Shown: positions 14,092-25,454 of the stretch, one piece after another
Position numbering within the stretch: the first letter of the stretch is position 1
How the letters are laid out: each line of letters starts with the position of its first letter
Made by a program: the position numbers and the translations under genes
The notes under the pieces: model-generated
The model's database searches: none
What the model was told of the DNA's origin: nothing
What the model saw: only the letters and a program-made list of their open reading frames with translations
Assembly (NCBI GenBank): GCA_043228905.1
Contig: JBHGNT010000012.1
Location: 16,120,001 to 16,184,000, forward strand
Origin: Azolla caroliniana
Lineage: Eukaryota > Plantae > Polypodiophyta
DNA length: 64,000 bases
Direction: 5' to 3'

Positions 14092-14339
14092 TACTTTTGT
14101 ATCACTTCTTGTGTCCTGATAGCGTCATCCCTATCATGATGATCATTGAGGGTTAATTCTAAACACCCTCCTTCCCCTTCCATTTGGCTCTACGGGTTTA
14201 AACCCAAATTTTCTCGATCAAAAGACACGTATTAAAGATGACTATGGGCAACAACAATACACAAAAATATTCCGCAATACACAAGATTATACACAACAAT
14301 AAACAAGATAATCGATAGACAGAATAGTTATTCAAATCC

Positions 14340-14880
14340 CAGACAATGGCGGCAATGGAGAAGGAGTCAACTCCCTCAGAATGAAAAATGGTAGCAATAC
14401 ACGATTGAACAGTAGCAGCAACTAAGTGTAGAATGATGGCAATGGATGAGTGAACTCCGTCAAATTGAAAAGTGGCAACAATCCAGGACCGGTCACCGAA
14501 TAGTAGCGGCAACTGAGTGTAGAATGATGACAATGGAGGAGTGAACTCCGTCAGATTGAACAGTGGCAGATGATGCTTGGAACGCAAAGTGATGGAAACT
14601 AAGAGTAGAATGGCGGTAGTGGAGGAGTTAACTCCGTCGGATCAAAAAGTGGTAGCAGTATACGACCTTCACAGTAGCGGCAACTGAGTGTAGAGTGGTA
14701 GCAATGGAGGAGTGAACTAGGCAGATGATGCTTGGACTGAACAATGGCGGCAACTGAGTGTAGAATGGTGGCAATGGAGGAGTGAACTCCGTCGGATCGA
14801 ACAATGGCATATGATACTTGGACCACACAGTGCCGGTAACTGAGTGTAGAATGGCGGCAATGGAGGAGTGGACTCAATAG
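14340..14880. repeat. Degenerate tandem repeat (CGGCAACTGAGTGTAGAATGGCGGCAATGGAGGAGTGAACTCCGTC) upstream of the transposase
   Basis: About 7 partial copies visible. Confidence 0.85.
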
Positions 14881-15813
14881 GTTTTCGCAACAGTGGTAGT
14901 AATCTAAGCCAGAATACTCAACCAAAGATGGCCCACGTGATGTGGCAAAGGATCATGCATAATGGACCTAAGAATTCGGTATATATTTTATGGTGCACAT
15001 ATCAATTTATGTTGTATGTTTATGTTGCACATTTATGGTGCTCATTTATATAATTAAAACTCTCTACTATTTTCAATGGTAGCTTTTTGCATAGCTAATT
15101 TATCAATGGTAGCTTTTTGCATAGCTAATTAGCTATGTCAAGGACATAGCTAATTGTTTCCACTCACATGCTTTCACCCAATAATAAATAAATAAAAATA
15201 AACCTCTTGCATGAGGCGGTTTGTCAACTGACTCAAGAGGTGGTAGGGAGGTTGAACCCCCTATAAAAGCCACCCCATAGTGGCTAAAGGGGAGGAGAAG
15301 GAAGAATAGGAAGAAAAAGCGAGTGAAGAAGCTTGTGTGGGTGTGGGATGCAGAGCTTGCCAAAGAAGATGGTGGCCTACATAAATCAAGACAAAAGAAA
15401 ATAAACATAAGGAAAGGAAGAAGTTGAAGTGGTGTATCATAAACACCTCTTTGCCAACAAAAGGTCATGAGTTTGAGTCCTCTCAAAACAACTTCTTTTG
15501 GTAAACAAATTTAAATTTGGTTTATATAAAGAGAAAGAGAATTAAATTAATAGAGAAAACAAAGGGGTTCAAGCGGTCTATTTTAGACGCTTCTTCTCAA
15601 ATAGAGGTTGTGAGTTTGAATCTTGCCAAGTACCTTTTGGCAAATAAATATTGTAAGCGGTGTTTCACAAATAAAATTCTTTTCGCGACAACGTTGCATC
15701 TATCTTGCCTTCTCGGCTTCTTGTCATCACACCATCCACACGATCATCCCCAAGTCACAGAACCTTGATGATTGCGACACACAACCACAATCTTTACGAC
15801 AACAGATAACACT

Positions 15814-15856
15814 TGGCATGCCCATGGGACAGTGCCTTCGCACGTCGAACCCCAAA
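15814..15856 (+). promoter_or_regulatory. Extended tRNA-Arg-type PBS-like motif of element B
   Basis: TGGCATGCCCATGGGAC-hairpin-TCGAACCCCAAA, 2 nt after ...TAACA; homologous copies at 25411-25452 and 32469-32512. Confidence 0.75.
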
Positions 15857-16154
15857 ATCAAAATGGAAATGTAAAATTGATAAGGAGCCGTGACAGAATT
15901 CTATTGTACACTCAATTTTCTTCCAAAATGTCGAGGATGTCCTCGGAAGGTGGGAGCATGGTTGTCTCCTCCTTCTTGGGTGTTGTACCGGCCGTGTTGT
16001 CCAGTGGGATTTGCTCGGTGTGTATCACGGCCGAAACATTGAGTTGTTGTTCGGTAGCTTCCATCGTAGTTGGTGGGTTAGAGGCCTCCTTCTTTGTGGT
16101 CTACTCCTGCGCTTTCTCTGGTGCCATCCCTATCTCTACTTCGTCGGTCTACCC

Positions 16155-17561
16155 CTAGGATGCTTCCTTGAATGCACATTTGGTTTCGAGCACTAACAAC
16201 AACTGGTCGTCGTTGAATTCCTCAAGGAGGTTTCCGATTGCCGTGGTGTGCGTGCTTGCTAGGGCTTGGAATTCGTCGGTGAGGTCTTCCCGAAGGACCT
16301 GGATGCTACTTTCGTCCATCTTATAAAATCCGCGACCCTCTTTTTTCTGGTTTTTGGTGTCGGCTCGAAAATATTGCAAATTTTTTGTTCCTTGGACCGA
16401 CCATTCTTTCCACTCGTGGGCTGGAGTCTCCTCAACCTTTTGATCAAGCTCCGACCGATGTTTGAGGATGAGGACTCGGATGCGTGTTGCGATCATTTCA
16501 TCTTTAGTTCGTAGGGTTTCGAGTTCTTCTTTTGCTTGCTTGGCCTCTATCTGTGATTGGATTTTGGCAATTTCATACACCTTGGTGATCGTGCTCAATT
16601 TTAAATCAAATTCTTCTCGATATTGCTCAAAGCGTCTGAGGAGTCGATTTGTAGTTTTGGCTAACTCCCCGATGTACTCATTTGTCTGCTTCTGAAGGTC
16701 TTTTTGCAACTAATGGCATTTTTCGAACAATACATATTTGTCCTTGGTTGCTTCTTCTAACGTTGTCAGCTGCCAATTGAAGTCTTTCTTGAGTTCGTTG
16801 TGCTTGTTTTGTAGAGTGACTAGCTCTTCTTCTTTTATGAGAAGCGCCTGGCGATACTCCTCCACGGCTCTGGCTAACTAAGTTTCGGCATGGTTTTGCG
16901 CGGCCTTGAGGGTCGCAACGGCTTTCTGTTCTATTGCCTAAAGCTAGGTCATTCGGTCGTTGAGTAATTGTTGGAGCTCTGCTTCTCTCTTCTCTGCTTG
17001 CTCCTTTAGCTGGCCAGCCATCACTTTAACCTTTTCATATCATTCCTTGGCTTTGTCCGCAATTGCCGTTTGGGCTGCGAGCTCCTCTTCGTAGTTGCAG
17101 TTTTGGTCGTCAACTGATAGCGCGTTGGTGGTGTTGTCGGTCTGGATGGACATATCCACCCACTCAGGGAGATTGGTTGGGTCTATTTGGGTGGACACCT
17201 CAAGAGGGTTGGATATGGGGGGTGGTAGGGCGAGCGAGGTAGAGTCGCCGGTTATTCGGAGCCGTTGCTCAAGCTCGGTCAGATGGTTCTCGGAAGCTTG
17301 CCATAACTCTGTGGCCATTTTTGCTTGTTTGTGTGCCAGTTTGCTGCTAACTGCCATATCTTTCACCGCATGGGTTGCCTTCTCTAATTCTTGATAGACC
17401 TCGACTAATGCCGTGTTGAGCTCGGGTAGCTTGATGCGTGCTCGACGTTTCTTGGTGACACACGTCCGTCCAAATTTTTGTAATTTCAGCTTGTCATCAG
17501 ATTCGAGCTCGTTAACCAATGCCCGCTCGACCATTAGTTGCTTAGCATGGTCCTGAGCCAT
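16155..17561 (-). pseudogene. Element B coiled-coil ORF, disrupted; homolog of the C-terminal half of the element C ORF
   Basis: WKEWSVQGTKNLQYFRADTKNQKKEG..LREDLTDEFQALA aligns by eye with WTKWAQNVAELQLLRADVANRRKEG..IRDELADDFQVLA of C. Confidence 0.75.
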
Positions 17562-17806
17562 GCGAGACGCGACTACAACCTAGAGGCGATCTAGGAAGTC
17601 TATGAGCTCGTATGTTGTGTCATGTTGCAAAATGGCATCGAGCTCATAAGATTTCGCAGGTAAGTCTTTGAAGGTCATAACTTCCTCCTCCGAGAATGAA
17701 GAATTCTACCCTTGCTCGATATGTCCGATTAGGGCTAATGTTTTATTGGTAACAACCGTGATGGCCTTATCCGGCCCTATGACTAGCGGCCGGTCTTTGG
17801 CCGAGG

Positions 17807-17991
17807 TGTTACCCATATAGGTGGAATGTGGAAGGTGGAAGGTGTAATATGAAATTTTAAAGTGTGAGTGTGAGGTGGGGTAAGTAGGTGTAACTACTCC
17901 TCATTCGGCTTTTTGTACTAATCTTGTATATTATATAACCCGCCACCCATGAGGCATGCAAAAAAGGAGAAATATATTATAGTTACCCCTC

Positions 17992-18024
<33 letters not shown>

Positions 18025-18093
18025 GTGCGCGCATTCGAACCCCCTTGGGAGGGGGCTGGAGCTGATCTTGGCTCCACCCCCCGCCCATCAACA
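17807..18093 (+). repeat. LTR-like terminal module L of element B (outward-facing)
   Basis: TGTTA...CAACA; TATA-like TATATAACCC; CT run; GC hairpin shared with 21900-21942. Confidence 0.6.
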
Positions 18094-20780
18094 ACCGGAT
18101 CTATCACATGTTCAGATATTCGGCTCCATTGCATACGTGCACATCCCGACGAGAAGCGACAAAAGATTGACCCAAAGTCGGAGAAATGTATCCTCGTAGG
18201 ATACTCATTGGAGCAAAAGGGGTACAAGTGCTATAACCCCTCGACTTGGAAGGTTTGTGTGAATCGAGATGTAGTCTTCGACGAATCGGCATCATGGTAC
18301 GAACCAAAGCCGACACTCCCGAAATCATTTCTAGTTGACCCGGAATCCGCTGAACAAGAGATAGAAGATGGAGATTCACTCGAACACGTGTTTGAAGAAA
18401 GTCTGATTACGACAAGTCTTAGTGGGCCACAAGAGCCCCTGAGTGACCAAAGCACATCTCGTCCTAGTTCGAAGATGGACAAAGGTAAGGCGAAAATGTC
18501 AGAGTATGAAGACGATGAACTCGATGGCAACGAATCGACTCAGTCCTTGACAGTGATTTTAGTGGCTTCAATGTACCTATCATGGGCACACCTGGCGTAA
18601 AGAAAGCCATTGCCACAACAAACAAAAAACTCCATCGCTCCACCCGTGAGAAGAATCCTTTTATTTGATTCGACTACAACGATTATATGGCATACCACTA
18701 TGCCTTTATGATGAAGGTGGCAACAGTTTGAGAACTAGAAAGTTTTTTGGAGACAACCAAGGATCCACGATGGGTCGAATCAATGAACGAGGAGATGCAG
18801 GCACTATGCAAGAACGAGACATGGGATCTCGTTCCCCACTCACCATAGAAGAAGGAAATCGGCTGTAGATGGATTTACTGTTCTAATATAGCGCTCGGCC
18901 ACAACCGAGACTTAAACAACGAATGGAAGAAAAACTAACAAACACAGAGATGACACAAGATGTTTACGTGGAAAACACTAATAGGGAAAAAGCACGGGAG
19001 CCCACAGACTCCAAACTATCACTATATAAGAAAGGTACAATCAGAGACTCGGAGGCAACGACCTCGAGCTCTGTATCTTCGCCAAGCGGCGCTTACAACA
19101 GAGTATCGCTTTGTATCTCCTCTCTCTATATACAACAGTTATCCACATACAACAATAGGACAACAACCACCTTTTGTGATTGCCCTAGGTCATATTTATA
19201 CTCATATGAACTTAGGGCTATTTACAAATATAGCCTCAATAGGCTTACTCAAAACATATTTACAAATATGTCTTCTCTTCCGGTTCTCACCGGGTCCATC
19301 CAATCTGGTTTCCGATCTCTTCCGGTTCTCACTGGGTCCTCTTTATTCATAACCGAATCCCATCCGAAGGGACCGACTTCCCAACATTTACAAGGTGAAG
19401 TATAATGTTGATGGCTCCGTCAACCACTACAAAGCTCGACTCGTAGCAAGAGGATACGCACAAACACATGGAGTCGACTATGAAGATTTTCCCAAGTGGA
19501 AACGATGATGACTGTGTGGACCGTAATTGCACTTGCAGCAGCGAAAGGGTGGCACCTCCATAAAATGGACGTAAAGAATGCCTTTCTTCAAGGTGAATTA
19601 GAAGAGGAGGTATACATGGTACAACCACTCAGCTTCAAATCGAGCATCCATCCGAAAGCAGTCTACCGACTGAAGAAGCCACTCTATGGCCTTAAGCAAG
19701 CACCATGTGCTTGGCACTCGAAGATAACACAATATCTTCATTGAATCGGCTTTCGAATGTCAAAATCCGACAATTCCCTCTATGTACGAAACAACTTTAA
19801 AAGCCCAATTGTCATCATCCTAAGATGTGGATGATCTAGTCATTGGAGGAGAACATCTAGTCGACATCAACAAGGTCAAGTCCCTCCTCTCCAGCAAATT
19901 CGAGATGACGAACATGAAGGAGCTCCATTACTTCCTTGGCATCGAGGTAATTCAGACTCCAGCCGGCGTTATGATCTCTCAACGACACTACATCCTTAAC
20001 TTGTTATAGAAGTTCGGGATGACTGAGTGTAAGTCTGTGGCAACCCCTCTTTATTGGAACCTAAAGCTAGCAACTGACTCCAGCAAAGAAAAGTGCGAAC
20101 TGACTCAGTATCGACAATTGATCAGGAGCCTCATCTATCTCACGATCACTCGACCTGACCCCTCAGCTATCCGATCGGTCTCCTTAACCAATTCATGCAA
20201 ACTCCATAAGATATTCACTTGGATTGGGCTAAGAGAGTATTAGGATACGTGAGCAGCACAATGGATTGTGGTATTCTCTATGAATTGGCGACACCAATTC
20301 GACTCGAAGGGTACACAGATGTCGATTGGGCCGGCTACAGAGCCGATCGACGATCGACCTCCGGATTTGTCTTCTTGCTCAGCAATAGAGCAATATCTTG
20401 GAGTAGTAAGAAGCAGCCTATCGTCGCACTTTCAAGCACGAAGGCTGAATATAGGGGTGGAATCGTGGCTGCATGTGAAGCGGAATGGCTCAAGGAGATT
20501 TTGAAGGATCTGGGCGTTCCCATCAAGGATCTAACTCCCCTCTACTGTGATAACATGAGCAGTATTTATCTGGCTTGAAACCCAGTGTTCCACGCATGCA
20601 CGAAGCATATCGAAGTGCACTATCATTTCATTCGAGAGTGCATTCAGGCAGGAGATGTTGACCTTCAACACATCAATACGAATCTTCAAATAGTCGACAT
20701 CTTCATCAAAGCCCTAGGATCCGACAAGCTTCGGCAATTCATGTCAGACCTTGGATTGATGATCCCTGACTTGCCAAGCT
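18094..20780 (+). pseudogene. Copia A integrase C-terminus, reverse transcriptase and RNase H, disrupted
   Basis: KSEKCILVGYS..GYKCYNP; MDVKNAFLQG; LYGLKQAP; VDDLVIGG; YTDVDWAG..RRSTSG; TKHIEVHYHF. Confidence 0.93.
18879..19386 (-). mobile_element. Solo LTR related to the Copia J LTRs
   Basis: TG...CA; TSD TTTAC on both sides; shares GCTCGGCCACAACCGAG, ACGTGGAAAAC and CCGGTTCTCACCGGGTC with 51334-51954. Confidence 0.9.
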
Positions 20781-20921
20781 TGAGGGGGAGTACAAGAGAG
20801 AACCGTATACCGTTCGAACTGAGTACCAGCCGAAGCGGACACTGGATATCGTCCAAACAGGATACCAGCCGAAGCGGACATCAATCAAAAGGAACCAACC
20901 TGAGTTGAGCTTGAGGGGGCA

Positions 20922-21374
20922 TATTGAGAATCAAGCTCAACCTAACCTTGTGTGTGAACACACCCTTTGAGAATCTATGAGCACTCAAAGGTGAAAAGTC
21001 ACACCACTACTCTCTACACATTAACTATGTGTCATTAAATCATATTCTATGACACATAACTAATGAGTTTCATATTCCCCATGACTAATGAGTCTTCACA
21101 TTCCCCAAGAGAGAGTGGTTGTCATAGTTAGTTAATGAAGAGAGAGGGTGACTCCTTGTAATGCTACTTCATATTGTGTCGGTTGTGACTCCTCATAATG
21201 CTACATTTTGTAGCTGCTACTCTCCTTGTTAATATACACCTTCTTCTAGAGTACTTAATTTCCTCTTTTATCTATCTTGTGTGTTCTCTTCTCTCCTCTC
21301 TTTTCTCTCACACACATACACACACATAACACACATCTCTTCCCCTGCACAAGAATCATATCCGATTCTTTACA
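20922..21374 (+). repeat. 3' LTR of Copia A
   Basis: Direct repeat of 1161-1593; follows the PPT and is followed by TSD GGTTT. Confidence 0.95.
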
Positions 21375-21765
21375 GGTTTATTGGAGTAGCGAAGATGAAA
21401 CTCTTGTATAAGTTTAAGGGCATTAATGAAATTCTCTACGGGTGTGTATCCAAGCCAATCTACAAGGTAATATAACTTGTTGCGAATGATCTATGGAGTC
21501 CAAAATAGCTTCTACCTCATATTTTGGTCCTTCGGCAAGTTGAACTAGCGGTGGTGGTGGGACAACCCGATTTGGGATAAAACTTGATGTCCATGGTTCT
21601 AACAATGAAAGATGAAATACTGGATGAAGATGCATATGTGATAGTAGGTCCAAACGATATGCAACATTGTTGACTTGATCATAGATTACAAATAGACTTA
21701 AACGTTGGAAATCCAATTTGTCACATGGTTTAGTACTTTTCACAACTTGAAACTTAGGTTTCTTG

Positions 21766-22229
21766 TGTTATAGGTTTTAGGGTTAGGGTTAATGGTAATG
21801 ATGATTATTGATGACGAAGATAGAAATGGTGGAATAGTGAAGATGGTGAGAGAGATTGAGATGAAGATGTTGACAAGTGATTGAGAAGCATTACGGGGTG
21901 GGGGGTGGTGCCTAGAATGGCTCCACCCCCCTCCCAAGGGGATTCAATGTTGAGGGGGAGAGAGAGAGAGAGAGATGAAAAGAGAGAGAGAGAGATTGAG
22001 AGAGAAAAATGGTTCATTCATATTTCATTCATTCCCCATAAGGGGTTAAATAGTACAAGAGGGGGTAGATACATAGGGGTGTAAGCCCCATTGAGCATTC
22101 ATACTGGACACTCACTCACACCTCCTCGTATCCATCCACATGCACACACGTGTGCATGTGTTCACATACGTATCGACTCACAATTACATTTATGCCCCCT
22201 ACACACACACAACAATCATCATGTTAACA
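21766..22229 (-). repeat. LTR-like terminal module L of element C (outward-facing)
   Basis: TGTTA...TAACA; minus-strand TATA-like CTATTTAACCCC followed by a CT-rich tract; GC hairpin shared with the B module at 17807-18093. Confidence 0.6.
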
Positions 22230-22361
22230 TTTGACCCTCGCTCATCACGTACATCTCGTACGGGGAAAAAAAACACACGAAGTAATCATGCAAAAGCGAG
22301 GAATGAATGGATGAAAGAGCGAGGAGCGAAAAGGTACGTAGTGGGCATTTAAAGCACCACC

Positions 22362-25300
22362 ATGGGACATAATGCTATTTTAGTACACGACGTGCACACA
22401 CTCGAAAAAGGTGCCAGAATGCACAGAGAAAAACCACTGCGCGTGGAGACCCTTTACTTTCGCGAACCCAGGAGCACAGAAGCACCAAGGCGCTGCAAGA
22501 TCATCAGACGAGAACCTACGCACAGAGAACCCCCACCTTCTGAACTCTCTCTCTCTCAATCTCACTCTCATCACCATCCAACCTCGTCACTGCAATCCGA
22601 CCTCGACACAGACATGGACCCGCAAACGCTGTCGGAAGCTGCCAAGACATGGTTAAAGCAACACGGGCTCGAGGGCTTCTTGATGATGATGGAAGTACCG
22701 CCACATAAAGAAGCTGAAAAGGTGATCAAAGAAATCGACACAGAGGTCATAACGGCGGAGGCGATTCGAGCGTTAACAGGCCTTCCGGAGGGAGGCATAC
22801 TCACGATTGACAATCCGACCCCGGAGCAACTCATCAGGTATTTTGGTGAGTACTCCCTAGCCAGCAAGGGCTACCGGACACAGGGCGGCGGAGATATGTT
22901 GTTCCGCGAGATTGCTCGTGTGCTCCACGAATACGGCCATGTGTACCCTAGACCCCTTGTCATGCCGCAGCACCGGGCAGGGATGATCATCGCCACCTAT
23001 GAAGGGATCAAGGTGGATTGGCCGGTATTGATCGCAGACGGGTTGTGTGCGGCGATCGAGATCATCAGAGGCAAAGACGGCAAAGAAGGCCGAGACGGAT
23101 GGAGGATATGGCACGCCGTAACGCAGTGGCTCACCTTGCTTGTGCCACCCGTCCAGCCCATCCAGCCCAAGAAGCGAGGAAGAGTGGCGGACGGCACCCC
23201 AAAGACGGCTTCCAAAAGACAACAGCTGTTGGCCTCTAAGGCTACTAAGGGGAAGGCGGCGAACGTAGAACAGGCGGGAAAGGAGAGCGGCAGCCGGAAG
23301 CGGCCGACGGATGCGCAGGAGGAACCACCGGCACGACCCGTAAAGGTTACACTCCGCCGACCGGTGAATAGAGAAGCGGACCCCTTGGCGGCAAAACTCA
23401 ATGCCGGGACTCAGGAAGAGGAAATAGAGGAGGAGCCTACGGAGCACCTCCAGCGACGGTTGTCGGCAAGGACCGTTGAGGCAGCCGGGAAACGTTCGGA
23501 CCCTCAGACGGAGGGAACACCGGCTCCCCATACTGAGACTCCCACGCCAAGGGAGGAACCGGAACCGGTGCGCATGGCACCGGAATCAGAAGCCCCGGCA
23601 CCACCGGCAACACCGGCAAGTCCCATCCCGCCAGAGCCGAAAAGGTCAATGCAGCCTCCCTCGGCCAGCCAAGAAGAAGCGCAAGGGGAACCAGGACAGC
23701 AGGGTGGTCCACAGGTAGAAACGGAATTGCAACTCGGCGCAATCAAGCGGGACCACCCATCAACAAGTGAGCCCATCCGTCAAACCTTCGGGCAAACGCA
23801 ACAACAAGGCACCGATAGCCTGTGGCTCCGGTGGGTAGGCGAACAGATTGCCGGAGCAGTGGGATATATTGAGGCAGAAGAAAGAGCGCAAAGCGAACGG
23901 TTGCTCGTCACAACCGAACAACTAGAGACGGCCCGGTCCAGAATCTGGTGCCTTGAAAAAGACTTGGATCAGGTCACGATAGAGATGGCCAAAATGGCCT
24001 TAACGGCAACACAGATCCAATCACCGGTGACTCCGGTAAGTGTACAAAATAAAGAAACGGATCGACCTGTACATACCAATAAGACCCCGGCAACGGAAAC
24101 CGTTCCGGCGAGAGATGCGTCGCAAGCCCAGGAGCTTGCGGAATTGAGAGATGAACTTGCCGCACAAGAAGCGCTAAGGAGCCGTGAACGGGAATTGAAG
24201 ACAGCGGCCGAAGCCGAATTAAAGAAGACTGCTGAGAACCTCCGCCGGGCAGAGGAGAGCCTCCGGAAAGGCCATCAAGCGTACGACCGGCTAAGGGAGG
24301 AAAAAGACAAAGTGCTGCAGGAAAAGGACAAGCTACGGAAGACGGCGGAAACGGAAATTGAACGGCTAAAGGAAGAGCTCTGCCAGCAAAAGGACCGCGA
24401 GGACCGGGCCCGTCGACAGATCAACGCACGGCTCAAGCAAAAGACAGATGATTTTGAGCACCTGCACCGGGACTACAAACGGTTGGAAACGGAGCATAAG
24501 GAATGGATGGCCGAGCTCCAACAGGAAGTTGATCGGGCCGCGACGACGATCGCCGACGAACGTGCGGAAAATACAAGACGCTTGGACGAGGCGGAGAAGG
24601 TCCGGATGGAGCTCCAGAGGCAGCAGCAGGAAGAAAAGGAGAGAGCGTCAACGTTATTGCAGAAATTACAAAGCACATATCAAAGGCAATTGACGCATTA
24701 CAAGGAGCAGGCGGAAGACAACGTCAAAATCATCAAGCAACTGAAGGAGGAATGACAAGCGGCGGAAACCAAATCGCAATTGGGAACGGGCCGGATTCAA
24801 TCCATCCTTCGTGCATGGCTGAATCAGACAAAATACTTGATTGATGAAAGCTCCGTAAGATGGTGGACAAAGTGGGCACAAAACGTGGCGGAACTCCAAT
24901 TGCTACGGGCAGACGTGGCAAACCGGCGGAAGGAAGGAGATGATTGTTATACGTTGACTTCCGAGGACTTCACCGCCATACGGGACGAACTGGCCGATGA
25001 CTTCCAAGTCCTGGCGGATGAACAGCTAGCGCAGGTCAGGCAACTCGTAGCTCAGCTAGACGCTCAAATCCAGTTTGAAAGCTACGAGCGGTCCCGGGTT
25101 CGGGAAGAAAAAGCACGGGCAGCGGCAACGGTTAACCTTAGTGATGAGGAACCGTCACCGGCCGAGGGCCAGCCCGGAACCAGTCAATCGGAGACCACTA
25201 CGACGAAGGGAGCAACGACGGAGACAACGGTGTCAGAGCAACAAACGGAGAAGCAGCCGCCGCAACCACCAATGGACCCGTCGCAACAGACATCAACAGA

Positions 25301-25400
25301 GCAGCAACAACAACAACAGCAACAACAACAACAACCAATTCTAGATGAACCATTGGAGACTCTCAAACAAAGCATTCTGGATATTTTGGACGAAGAATAG
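22362..25400 (+). CDS. Element C accessory protein: N-terminal plant-retrotransposon accessory-type domain, Pro/Glu-rich linker, long coiled-coil, poly-Q tail; one in-frame TGA at 24753
   Basis: The 797-aa ORF and 24780-25400 are in the same frame; the stop is consistent with CGA>TGA. Possible start at ATG 22614. ITAEAIRALTGLP..G and G.KVDW motifs resemble Athila/Tat accessory ORFs. Confidence 0.75.
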
Positions 25401-25410
25401 CAAGGGTCTG

Positions 25411-25452
25411 TTGTGGATTCGACGTACAAGGTACTATCCCACGGGCGTGCCA
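25411..25452 (-). promoter_or_regulatory. Extended tRNA-Arg-type PBS-like motif of element C
   Basis: Plus strand reads TTGTGGATTCGA-C-GTACAAGGTAC-TATCCCACGGGCGTGCCA, followed by TG and TGTTA. Confidence 0.75.
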
Positions 25453-25454
25453 TG

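Larger units (their letters stand above)
4586..15179 (-). mobile_element. Sola2-like DDD DNA transposon, 10.6 kb, both ends present
   Basis: ~25-bp TIR GGGT(A/G)AAAGCATGTGAGTGGAAACA at 4586-4610 and 15155-15179; 4-bp TSD AATA on both sides; GRG-type terminus; transposase motifs as listed below. Confidence 0.85.
4311..15662. mobile_element. Small (~0.75 kb net) non-coding insertion with CAC...GTG ends, host of the Sola2-like element
   Basis: Interrupts the terminal module of B. Candidate CAC/GTG ends flanked by TT. No extended TIR is visible, so the boundaries are uncertain. Confidence 0.35.
3784..18093 (-). mobile_element. Element B: atypical retroelement-derived insertion with two different LTR-like ends (ORF on minus strand)
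   Basis: TGTTG...CAACA termini. It splits the Copia A integrase motif GKK/PDLSH. Degenerate 5-bp TSD GTTGG/ACCGG (both derivable from GCCGG). ORF, tRNA-like motif and terminal hairpin are homologous to element C. Confidence 0.8.
1161..21374 (+). mobile_element. Element A: Ty1/copia LTR retrotransposon, full-length but degenerate, with nested insertions
   Basis: LTRs at 1161-1593 and 20922-21374; TSD GGTTT (1156-1160 / 21375-21379); PBS TGGTATCGGAGC at 1594; PPT TTGAGGGGGC at 20911; gag-PR-INT-RT-RH order. Confidence 0.95.

Noticed and set aside
14198-14925. ORFs of 108-129 aa
   Set aside because: They are translations of a tandem repeat.
18923-19405. 160-aa and 130-aa ORFs
   Set aside because: They lie within a solo LTR and have no recognisable domain.
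25411-25452. Functional tRNA gene or hammerhead/HDV ribozyme
   Set aside because: Only the 3' part of a tRNA plus encoded CCA is present, with no D or anticodon arm and no ribozyme core motifs.
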